The notes beneath the pieces were generated by a model that was not told the DNA's origin, did no database searches, and was given only the letters and a program-made list of their open reading frames with translations. A program made the translations under genes and the position numbers. Shown here piece by piece: positions 1 through 11,353 of a stretch of 64,000 nucleotides of DNA. The DNA is taken from positions 24,192,070-24,256,069 of the forward strand of contig NC_092671.1 of NCBI RefSeq assembly GCF_964355755.1, read 5' to 3'. This DNA is from Antedon mediterranea. Taxonomy: Eukaryota; Animalia; Echinodermata. The stretch's first letter is position 1. The number at the start of each line of letters is the position of its first letter.

Positions 1-1857
1 GGTTAGTGTCATCTGCATATAAAATAAGATTGGAGTGTTTACAGATGTTTGCTAAATCATTAATGTAAATAATAAAGAGTAGCGGGCCTAAAATTGAGCC
101 CTGTGGAACACCACAAAAATTGTTTAAAGAAGAAGAACTATGATAATTAAAAGAGATATATTGCTTTCTATCCGCCAGGTAACTTCTGAACCAATCAAAG
201 GCAACACCACGTATACCATAATGCTGTAGTTTAGACAGGAGAATGTCGTGATTAATGCACTTGTCAATTGTATGACGCACTATACGACCCCCGGGAGAGG
301 TGCGTCATTTGTCCGATGTGAGTCATACCTTTGTATACCATGACGCACCCCTGCGTCAAAAAAGTGACTTACCTTTACTAGACAATGACGCACCTATTTT
401 TAAATTATTGACAGACCTTTTAGTGAATTATGACGCACCATGACTGTCTTTTTGACGTACCTTCACTGACGATTGTTGACCCCGACTACTGCAGTGCATG
501 CAGTGTTATATCAAAAATCTCAAACTAATACGCGTGTCTGGTGCTATATGGAGGCGCGCCAGGGTCGTCGATCGATGTTAATCAGGCCGGCTAGGAACGT
601 TCTCGCGCGCGCGATCACACAAAGATTGGAACGGCTATTTATAATACAAATATTATGTCATTTTCCAGTTTGGCCGATAGAGGGCGCGAGTGATGACGCT
701 CTCAAGCGTGACAATGTACAACCTGGCCGCCCCTCCGCGATCGTCAAGGCCTTGTTTTCAGGCTTTTTGGGTGGCGCGGGTCGGTGGTAAAGTGACGGAC
801 ATTGACGCACCATTGAACATTGAGGCGACGCACCATTTGGGTTCTTTGACGCACCCCTGTGTCATTAATTATTTGTAAATGACGCACCCATGACGCACCA
901 CTCCCGGGGGTCGTATAGTGCGTCATACAATTGACAAGTGCATAACAGTGTCAAAGGCCTTTGAAAGGTCCAGAAATATCCCAAGAACATGCTTTTTCTT
1001 ATCTAATTCAGAGATTATTTTATCATATGCTTGTAGAACAGCCATTTCAGTAGACATGTTTGGGCGGAAACCAAATTGGTTTTCTTGCAATAAATTAAAT
1101 CGAGAAAAATAATTATAGAGTCTTTTATGAATTATGCGTTCTAAAACTTTGGAGAAAACGGGCAGTACCGAGATGGGCCTACAATTGCTAAATTTAACAG
1201 TCTCACCATGTTTAAAGACGGGAATTATCTTGGCAATTTTCAGCTTCTCCGGGACAATACCGGTAGCTAGTGATAAATAAAAAATATGAACAAGTGGAGA
1301 TGCTATTAATTCCCCAACAGATTTAATAATATCTGGTTTAATAATATGTCATCGAAGCCGCTGCTAGCACCAGATTTCAGATTTCTGAATATTGTGAGTA
1401 CTTCATCTTTATCAGTTGGTAAAAAAAACAGAGAGCTAACGGGTGATTTTATGTTATTTATAAAATAATTAAAAGTAATATCAGATTGAGTTCGAATGCC
1501 TTTAATGTCTGCATTCACCTTGCTCATTTGAGCGTCAAACCGGGAGTTCATATCAGCGTCCAATTTGGTTAACAATGCATGCAATGTACAGTATGCATGT
1601 TTACCTCATTGTCTACAGGTGGCTGGTCCGGTTGGCTACTGCGGGTTTGTCTACTACTGACCTCGTTGGTAGTCATGGTTTTAAAATTAGGAAAACCAGT
1701 AAAATAGAGCAAAATAAATCATAAAATATATAATTTGTTGAGACTGTGCGTCTATAATTCTCAATAGTCGATAAATAGTAATTAAATTAAAGTCTAGTTT
1801 GGTCGGATTTAGGACATTTTCCGCAGCACTATTTTATCCGTGTCCGCTCTCCATCAT
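1..1857 (-). mobile_element. CR1/L2-group LINE, decayed and internally deleted; runs off the window start
   Basis: Minus-strand RT motifs RPISVLPVFSKVLE, NQFGFR, LDLSKAFDTVNHDILL (split by a MITE), CGVPQGSILGPLL, LILYADDTN. An ORF1-like start (MTTNEVSSRQ..., ~1677) joins mid-ORF2 near 1480. 5' limit approximate. Confidence 0.85.
256..942. mobile_element. Non-autonomous TIR element (MITE), 687 bp, TAA TSD, PIF/Harbinger-like target
   Basis: ~53-bp TIRs TGCACTTGTCAATTGTATGACGCACTATACGACCCCCGGGAG...; TAA at 253-255 and 943-945; removal restores DTVNHD in the host RT; many internal TGACGCAC motifs. Confidence 0.92.
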
Positions 1858-1889
1858 GAAGGTTCAATTCAATTTTTTTTAAATATACT

Positions 1890-2092
1890 GTAGGCCTATA
1901 GAATAGATGTTTCAGAACGTATGGTTTATTATTGTTAGAATATTACATACCTACCTGGCCTGGCCATATGGTTAAAAAAAGGATTGTATAAAATTTTTTT
2001 AAATAGCGCGTTATGCCATACAAAATACCGAAAGTTTATTTTATCGCAACCTATTTCAAACCGTTCAAACGCGACCGATTTCATTGTACACC
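1890..2092. mobile_element. Right-end fragment of the GGTGTCAGATGAAATCGGTCGCG TIR family (full copy at 57732-60030)
   Basis: gccatacaaaataccgaaag...gcgaccgatttcattgtacacc matches 59977-60030. Confidence 0.7.
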
Positions 2093-2395
2093 AACTTAAC
2101 TAGGTAGCCTAGGCTTACTACTAGGGCTAGGTCCACCCCCAGAGCTAGTAGTAGGCCTCCCTCTCTCTGCAGTTAGGGCCTAGCCTCCTAGGAAAAGTTT
2201 ACTAGCCTACTACCACTAGCCTACAAACAACGCCTAGCCTATTAATAAATAGGCCTAGGCTAGCCTAGGCCCTAGTAGGCCTAATTCACTTACTTTCATG
2301 AAATTTAAGACGATTTTTTTGCTAAACAAGTTTGATAAATCCGGCCCCTAGCTAGAGGATAAGCTTTGAAACTCAAACCAAAGAGGAGGTATGGC

Positions 2396-2428
2396 CAAAG
2401 ATTATATAGCGGCGCTATACAATCTTTG
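2396..2428. mobile_element. 33-bp palindromic mini-element with 7-bp TSD
   Basis: GTATGGC|CAAAGATTATATAGCG-G-CGCTATACAATCTTTG|GTATGGC; arms match 15/16. Confidence 0.75.
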
Positions 2429-2540
2429 GTATGGCATGCAGAGCGTCATTTCGACGATCGAGCATTCTCTACTTCTACGGAGCGCCATTTATGCCTTTAT
2501 TTACTTACGAAATAGAAATAGTACTACGGTAGCTGCTCCA

Positions 2541-4345
2541 GTGGACCAAATTTAGCACTAGTGGAGCGCAGTGATATAAAATAGAAATAAGTCACTAATT
2601 TTAATATTCTTTTCGTATGTTAATACACTGTGCTCAAGTGGACACAATTTGGCGCCAGTGAGGAGCACAGTGATATAAAATAGAAATAAGTCACTGAATT
2701 TTAATATCTTTTCGTATGTTAATACACTGTGCTCAAGTGGACCCAATTTGGAGCCAGGGGAGCACAGTGATATAAAATAGAACTAAGTCACTGAATTTTA
2801 ATATCTTTTCGTATGTTAATACACTGTGCTCAAGTGGACCCAATTTGGCGCCAGGAGAGCACAGTGATATAAAATAGAAAGAAGTCACTGAATGTTAATA
2901 TATTTTCGTATGTTAATACACTGTGCTCAAGTGGACCTAATTTGGCGCCAGTGGAGCACAGTGATATGAAATAAAAATAAGTCACTGAATTTTAATATCT
3001 TTTCGTATGTTAATACACTGTGCTCAAGTGGACCCAATTTGGAGTCAGGGGAGGAGCACAGTGATATAAAATATAAATAAGTCACTGAATTTTAATATCT
3101 TTTCGTATGTTATTACACTGTGCTCAAGTGGACCCAATTTGGAGTCAGGGGAGGAGCACAGTGATATAAAATATAAATAAGTCACTGAATTTTAATATCT
3201 TTTCGTATGTTAATACACTGTGCTCAAGAAGTGGACCCAATTTGGAGCCAGTGGAACACAGTGATAAAAAATAGAAATAAGTCACTGAATTTTAATATCT
3301 TTTCGTATGTTAATACACTGTGCTCAAGAAGTGGACCCAATTTGGAGCCAGTGGAGCACAGTGATAAAAAATAGAAATAAGTCACTGAATTTTAATATCT
3401 TTTCGTATGTTAATACACTGTGCTCAAGAAGTGGACCCAATTTGGAGCCAGTGGAGCACAGTGATAAAAAATAGAAATAAGTCACTGAATTTTAATATCT
3501 TTTCGTATGTTAATACACTGTGCTCAAGTGGACCCAATTTGGAGCCAGGGGAGCACAGTGATATAAAATATAAATAAGTCACTGAATTTTAATATCTTTT
3601 CGTATGTTAATACCCTGTGCTCAAGTGGACCCAACCCAATTTGGAGCTATGGGAGCACAGTGATATAAAATAGAAATAAGTCACTGAATTTTAATATCTT
3701 ATCGTATGTTAATACACTGTGCTCAAGTGGACCCAATTTGGAGCCAGTGGAGCACAGTGATATAAAATAGAAATAAGTCACTAAATTTTAATATCTTTTC
3801 GTATGTTAATACACTGTGCTCAAGTGGACCCAATTTGGAGCCAGTGGAGCACAGTGATATAAAATAGAAAAAAAAGTCATTGAATTTTAATATCTTTTCG
3901 TTTGTTAATACACTGTGCTCAAGTGGACCCAATTTGGCGCCAGGAGAGCACAGTGATATAAAATAGAAATAAGTCATTGAATGTTAATATATTTTCGTAT
4001 GTTAATACACTGTGCTCAAGTGGATCCAATTTGGCGCCAGTGGAGCACAGTGATATAAAATGGAAAAAGTCACTGAATTTTAATATCTTTTCGTATTTAA
4101 TATACACTATGCTCAAGTGGACCCGATTTGGAGCCAGGGGAGCACTGTATAAAATAGAAATAAGTCACTGAATTTTAATATCTTTTCGTATGTTAATACA
4201 CTGTGCTTACGTGGACCCAATTTGGCGCGCGCGCCAGTGAGCACAGTAATATAAAATAGAAAAAAGTCACTAAATTTTAATATCTTTTCGTATGTTAATA
4301 CACTGTGCTCAAGTGGACCCAATTTGGCACCAATGGGAGCACAGG
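2541..4345 (+). repeat. Tandem array of ~97-bp units, ~18 copies
   Basis: GTGGACCCAATTTGGAGCCAGTGGAGCACAGTGATATAAAATAG...TACACTGTGCTCAA recurs at 2541, 2638, 2737, 2834, 2931 ... 4313. Confidence 0.97.
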
Positions 4346-4516
4346 GAAATAGTCACATACAAAAACATCGAGAAAAAATACTTCTGGAATTAAAAAATAT
4401 TTCAAACTTGGTATATATGTTCAATATCGGTTACTCCATCCGTAAACCAAAAGAAAAAATAGTTTCAAGCCACATCAGTGATTTTAATAACTTGCGTTCG
4501 CTTAAGATAAGCTCAC

Positions 4517-5092
4517 GGGCGCGCGCGCCAAATTGGGTCCACGTGAGCACAGTGTATTAACATACGAAAAGATATTAAAATTCAGTGACTTATTTCTATT
4601 TTATATCACTGTGCTCCACTGGCGCCAAATTAGGTCCACTTGAACACAGTGTATTAACATACGAAAAGATATTAAAATTCAGTTACTTTTTTCTATTTTA
4701 TATCACTGTGCTCCACTGGCTCCAAATTGGGTCCACTTGAGCATAGTGTATTAACATACGAAAAGATATTAAAATTCAGTGACTTTTTTCTATTTTATAT
4801 CACTGTGCTCCCCTGCCTCCAAATTGGGTCCACTTGAGCACAGTGTATTAACATACGAAAAGATATTAAAATTCAGTGACTTATTTCTATTTTATATCAC
4901 TCTTCCTGTGCTCCCCTGGCTCCAAATTGGGTCCACTTGAGCACAGTGTATTAACATACGAAAAGATACTAAAAATCATTGACTTATTTCTATTTTATAT
5001 CACTGTGCTCTCCTGGCTCCAAATTGGCTCCACTTGAGCAAAGTGTATTAACATATGAAAAGTTATTAAAATTCAGTGATTTATTTCTATTT
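4517..5092 (-). repeat. Same 97-bp unit in inverted orientation, ~6 copies
   Basis: GGGTCCACTTGAGCACAGTGTATTAACATACG repeats at ~97-bp spacing from ~4537 to ~5028; ~170-bp unique spacer separates the two arms. Confidence 0.95.
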
Positions 5093-6335
5093 ATATTATT
5101 TTGAATGAACTACCAGGGTGTAAACAAAATGTATTTTGAGCCCTAGACTGTGAACGTTTTTTATTATTTTGTTTTGTTTATCTATTACTACGGCATTGCA
5201 AATCTTGATATGTTTTATATCAATGTACATGTATATGATAGCTACTCGCAGATGGCGAAGGTTATCCAATGCTACGCATATTTGTATTTGATGTTCGCAA
5301 TTGTAATTAATGTTAATGTAATCATTAATTTTTTTTTTTTTATTTTGAGTTTCGCATTTTATAATGTACTATTAAATGTGTATGTTTTTATACCCGGTAA
5401 TGGAAACGGCTATAGAAAACGGGACCCCGCTAATTATTTGCATTCTTAACATATACTATTTATTTCCATCAGATAACGATGTACAGTATCTATAACGACG
5501 TTTATGATCTCAATTGTTATGATCTCTCTGATATAACTAAATGCATACAATAACGCAGACAGTAATAGAACCAATAAAGAATAAATATGGGAAGCATAGT
5601 CTAGATATCATGTAGTTTAAATGTACGGGGGCTTAGAAACCCTTTTAAACGCAGAACCGTATTTAATTGGCTAAGGGATCAACCCTTCTCCATATACCTC
5701 CTACAAGAAACCCACTGCACGCATGAGCTGGAACCTGCGTGGCGTAATGACTGGGGTTCTGAGATTAAATTTAGCAATGGAAAGAATAATTCGGCTGGAG
5801 TCTGTATTCTCTTAAAATTAAATGTCAGCTATAAAATAGGAAAAATTTACAATGATCAAAATGGGAAATTTATTATTATGAATATACAAATAGAGGATAA
5901 ACATATTACAATTGCAAATTTATATGGACCAACTGATGACAACAGTTTCTTTTTTGAACAATTTAATAATAAAATTGAGGAGTTCGCACAGCACTCTCTA
6001 ATAATAGGCAGAGATTTTAATACAATTCTTGAACCTGATCTGGATAAGAAAAATGTAAGAGGTCAAATTCACCCAAGATCTGTAGAACAAATAAATAGTA
6101 TAAAAGACAATTATAATTTAATTGACATCTGGAGACAGGAAAATCCAACTAAAACCAAATTTACATGGCACTCCAATCAATCTCCAAAAGTGTTCTGTAT
6201 AGGTTAGATTATTTTCTTATATCTTATGAACTTTGGTCTCAAGTTGAAAAAACTTTAATATCACCGGGTTTTAAAAGTGACCATTCATTGATTACGTTAT
6301 CAATACATGGAATAACAAGTAAACGAGGATCAGGT

Positions 6336-6653
6336 TTCTGGAAACTGAATACAAGCCTTTTAAGTGACCCACAATACGTTAAAGAAATTAAAGAAACCAT
6401 AAAAAAACACAAAAGAAGAATGTTTAGAAAATAACCCACATACTGTATGGGAAATGATAAAATGTAATACAAGGAGAACATCAATGTTGTATTCTGGAAA
6501 CTGAATACAAGCCTTTTAAGTGACCCACAATACGTTAAAGAAATTAAAGAAACCATAAAAAAACACAAAAGAAGAATGTTTAGAAAATAACCCACATACT
6601 GTATGGGAAATGATAAAATGTAATACAAGGAGAACATCAATGTCGTATTCTGG
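6336..6653 (+). repeat. 156-bp tandem duplication inside the L1
   Basis: TTCTGG at 6336, 6492 and 6648 brackets two near-identical copies. Confidence 0.92.
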
Positions 6654-7229
6654 TAAACTAAATAAAACAATTTAAAAAGACGTGGATCGATTAAATAATG
6701 AAATCAAAACTTTAGAAGAGCAATATTGCGTAAACAGTAATGAAAAAATAACCGAAATGATCCAAATTAAAAGAAACGAACTAGAATCAATCTATGACAT
6801 TAGAACATGTGGCTCACTGATTCGATCCAAAGCCCGTTGGATAGAAGAAGGAGAAAAAAGCACGAAATATTTTCTTAATTTAGAGAGGAGGAATTATAAT
6901 AAAAAGCATATAACTAAACTTACAACAGATAATGGAGACATAAGTAACCCCGACGATATAATAAATGAAGAAAAACGATTCTGTGAATCATTATATAGTT
7001 TTAAAGGCGAAAATTACAATGTCAACCCTGTTGATATTTTTGACACGATACACATAGATAAAATCAATAAAGATGATGAATTTATATGTGACCAGCCCCT
7101 TAGAGATACTGAATGTTTAGAAGCATTAAAAACAATGGATAACAATAAAACCCCTGGGACAGATGGTTTTCCTGCCGAGTTTTATAAACTATTTTGGAAT
7201 GATATAAAAGATACGCTAATTAACGCTTA

Positions 7230-10200
7230 TAGTAGGGCGGCCAATGTGAGCTTTTTCATCATGGGGGGCATTTTATGTTAATAGCAGGCAACCATGTGGA
7301 ATATATCCCTTATGGGATGACAAAAAAGATAGGGGTGGATGCCGCTCTCAAATTTCAGGTCAAAGGTCATTTTCAAGGTTATAAGGTCAAATATGGTAAA
7401 ATAGAGGTTTACGCTGTTTTCAACAACATATAAGCTAATTAAAAGAAATGTAACCATTATTGAATCATTATTGACATATTGCTGTAGATGGTGCAGTTCA
7501 TCAATTTTTCAACTTACAAGTTTAAAGGTCATTTTCAAAGTCATAAGGTCAAATAGAGCACAGACCTGTTAATTATCGGTATTAATAATTGAAATAAATA
7601 TAATTTTCATGATAGCCTGGGGCTGATGGTTATAGTGTGGTGTCAAAAAGACCAGAATTGTACTGGGAAGATTTTAAACTTTTTGAGTCACTCCTGGAAG
7701 GTGTTCAAGGAATGGAGAGGATGAGTCCTAGAGTATCAAAATAACCGAAATTGGAGGCCTACTGGAATGTCTTAAATTTCATTTAAAAACGGTCACAGAG
7801 GGTTTGTGGGTTGGGAGTAATGGGCGGCATGGGCACATGCCAATATTCGAAATTTTTCTGGGATGGAAGGAGGTAACGCTCTGAGGTGGGTATTTCTTCA
7901 AGCACTGATATATAATGCCTACTGGCCATCTGGGTAACGGCAAACGATTGAATCACAACCACATATGCATGCTTTCTGTAACAACTTCATCTGGCTCTTT
8001 AGTTTACATGCACATGTAACAAGTTCCAAACTGACAACTGGGTTAGGGGCTTCCAAACGACCCGATTCATTTAGGCCACATACTTATAGCTCTGCCTGAT
8101 AGTTGGCTCGTATGTTCAGGTTCTATGATGTCTGTATTCACCATAGGCGAGTTTTTTGAATTTTAAGTGTTTCCCGAAGTAGAAATACAGGTACTTAAAT
8201 ATTTATTGAGTGAAGTGAAATACTTAATATTTAAGGGAAATATAATAATAATCTTCTTTATTGTATCAAACAAAAAACAATTTAATACAAAAGGTAGTCA
8301 AGGTATAGCCGAAGCTAATCAAGCTTGGTACCTTTTATCTTAACTAACTTAAGCTACAAAATTAACAAATAAATAACAGAACTTAAAAGAAAATAAAAAT
8401 TTGATAACTTCAAAAACAAAACAAAAAATGTTGAATAATAAATAAATAACATAACATAACATAAGTGCTGTATGTACTATACTGTAATAAACAAAACCAT
8501 ATCAGTTCAATAGATAATATCTGATGAATTAACAATATATAAAAACATTGTAAATTATAGATTATTCTTTTATATACTTAGATAAAAGTAATTCTTTAAG
8601 TTGTTTAGAGAAAGAAAATCTAGATGTAATTGTTTGTAATTCTAAAGGTAAATCATTCCAAATAACAGCACCAGAAAAAGAAATTCTAAATCGTCCACAA
8701 TTAATACGACAAGGAGGAATGACTAAATTAAAATAATGATTAATTCTTGTATTATATGCATGATCAGTAGTTTCAAAATAATCAGATAAACTATATATCA
8801 CAAGTGTTAATGGTATATAGTCACTGAGTCTAGATGGAGGTAGCACCAAAGAGTAGTCTGTTATTATACAGTTCTGCTCAAGAGTACCATATATTTGGCA
8901 ATATTAAACTTTAGTGTACACTGTACGTGAAAAGTCTTAATCTTAATCAATTCCATTTTCAAGGAGTGGATGCGTTACAAATGATTTCCAGTATGACCTC
9001 TTTCCATAACCAGCAAATAATGACGTGCTGCAACCTGTAATGGCATGGAAGCTGGTTAGATTATTCTTAATAGGTTTTCAACCACTTCATTGTTCACTAT
9101 ACCAGACATCGTCCATACTTTTGAAGGCTACTGTTACAAAGTGCATATCATTATAAATTAACATCAACTTTCATGTATAATTGCAAGCTCTTTGTTATTG
9201 ACATAAAGAATGTCTAATAACTTTGTGATATTTGTTCTCCTCCAAACCGATGAGTGTGGCCCAAAACACATACGGAAGTACAGATTAGTACATTGGGACT
9301 ATCCTTTCAATCGTGTCACTGTCACAATGTAATGATCAAATACAACAAAATGACGAAATATCTAGGTAACTTGAATAAATACTTGCATAGTCACCAAAAT
9401 GTTTACAGCCATGTTTACTGCATCCTATAGTGCATGACCATCATGTTTTTACTGTAAGTTTTCTTCTGGAACATCTGTGGGTATTTCAACGCCATCCATC
9501 AAGATATGTGAAGTCATATTTGGTTAAAGATATTAAAATTGGGCTATGATCATACTCCAATGGTTGATCAGCAGATTTTCTGTCAGTTTTTGTATACTTT
9601 TTTTTTTTAATCGAAACAGTTGCCTTAGGCCTATAGAAATCCGCAAAGGTTTAGAGCGATGCTTTCTCAGTGGCTCATGAAGTTCTAAGTTCTACTGTTT
9701 TTTTTCTTTCAATAAGTTGTCATCATTTGTCAGTTCGAAAGAATATTGTGTATTATGTGTGATTCGTGATCAGTCTGACCATGTCATGCAGAACCTTTCA
9801 ATGAATTACAGCGTTTCTTGTTATACCAATGATTCTATTTTGAATTGATCAATCATCCACTCAGTGTTTAGAATATTGGTTCTGATAGTTTAGATAGGTA
9901 AATTTGTTTACCCTTTTAACCTCATTTCTACAACGAATCCAATCGGTTTTTAAATGTGTTGGTGGTTTCAGAAATGACGACTTTGGTTGGCAAACTATTA
10001 AAATATATAATTACTAATTGTGAAAAAGTGGATCTCCTATCAGTTCTTTGTGAAATTTAGGTTTAAAAAGTCTAAGCTGATGTCCTCGTGTATTTCTGCT
10101 TAGATTGCATCTCATTTGAAGGAAGTCTTCCTTGGCTACACCCTCGAAATCTTTTGAAAATTTTCAATCAAGTCACCATGAATTTGTCTGTCATATAGGG

Positions 10201-11353
10201 TTGTTAGACCAAGAAACTTTAAACGATATTCATATGAATAAGAATGGATAGCTGGAATTTGATTTGTCGCATGACGTTGTCCTCTTCAAGTGCGTTTATG
10301 TCTTTTTGGAGAGATGGATTTCATACCTGGACACAGTACGTAACGTAATGTTTCTAAATAACGTTAAAACCGTCTTTATCCATGTGTATAAAGGACTTCT
10401 TAATTACTTAAGGAGTTTTATATTTGTTATCACCGTCAGCCATGATAGCATAGATGCGAAGGCCTCAAGAAGAAGTCCCCAATTACCACTCCTTCCAACC
10501 TTGATAAAGTCTAATAGTTAGGGTTTTTGAAAGCAAAGACTCGATACCCAGGTTTCTCTTTCGAGATTTCTTGAAACAACAAACTTCAATAAAAACTTGT
10601 ATCATTGAAATAATGAAAAAATGTTTAAATAATTACATTATAGGGAGTCTCTGACCCAAACAAAAACATCTCGACATTAGGTCTCTGTTTTCGAAATTTT
10701 TCTAAAAACAAATTTCTAAGTATTATTACATTATTATAGGTAATATTAATAATTTTTCTAAAAAGAAAATTCTAAATATTACTGTATTACATTAATTATT
10801 ATAGGTAATATTAATATTATAGTAAAATACCAATCTTTTGGCACATATGGCGTTTCATACATATAACACTTGACCTATTTTTTCCCGACAAAAATCAAAA
10901 CGACGACTGGTGGACAACATGAAAAAGACAAATTTACAACAGACTGGGAAAAGCCTATTAAAAAACTGTGTGTACTTTACAGAAATATGTGAAAACAACA
11001 TTTTGAGAAAATGACATTTTTATATTTAATTTCCTATGTTTTTATGTGTAAAATTAAATGTTTATCTCATAATTACTATAATATGAAGCATCAGTTGATC
11101 TTCAGATATACCTTTTTGGATAGATCTGATAATGTAGATGATTTTCCGTGAATAAAAAAAAATACTTTATTTTGACATTGTTTGACCTCTTGACCACATA
11201 AACTGACCTTAAAACCCAAAACTGAAGATGGCATCCACCCCTATCGTTTTTGTCACCCCACAAAGGATACATTCAACATGGTTGCCTGCTATTAACAAAA
11301 AATGCCCCCCAAACTTTTTATAGAGGACTTTTGTGTATTTGGCCTTTCTACTA
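7230..11353 (-). mobile_element. Academ-type DNA transposon, decayed (4124 bp), TTA TSD
   Basis: Termini TAGTAGGGCGGCCAA / TTGGCCTTTCTACTA with long imperfect TIRs. TTA at 7227-7229 and 11354-11356; removal restores L1 LINAYHYSFQSG. Minus-strand relics FHAITGCSTSLFAGYGK (~9000-9055) and RANYQA (~8095-8112). Confidence 0.85.
8243..8810 (-). mobile_element. CR1/L2 LINE 3' end nested in the Academ element
   Basis: HAYNTR...FSGAVIWNDLP...FSKQLK C-terminus; AATAAA followed by a (TAT)n tail. Confidence 0.8.

Noticed and set aside
2558-4560. ORFs such as MGPLEHSVLTYEK...
   Set aside because: Translations of the satellite unit; no coding signal.
2541-5092. CRISPR-like array
   Set aside because: Units are near-identical along their whole length with no unique spacers; no cas genes; eukaryotic context.
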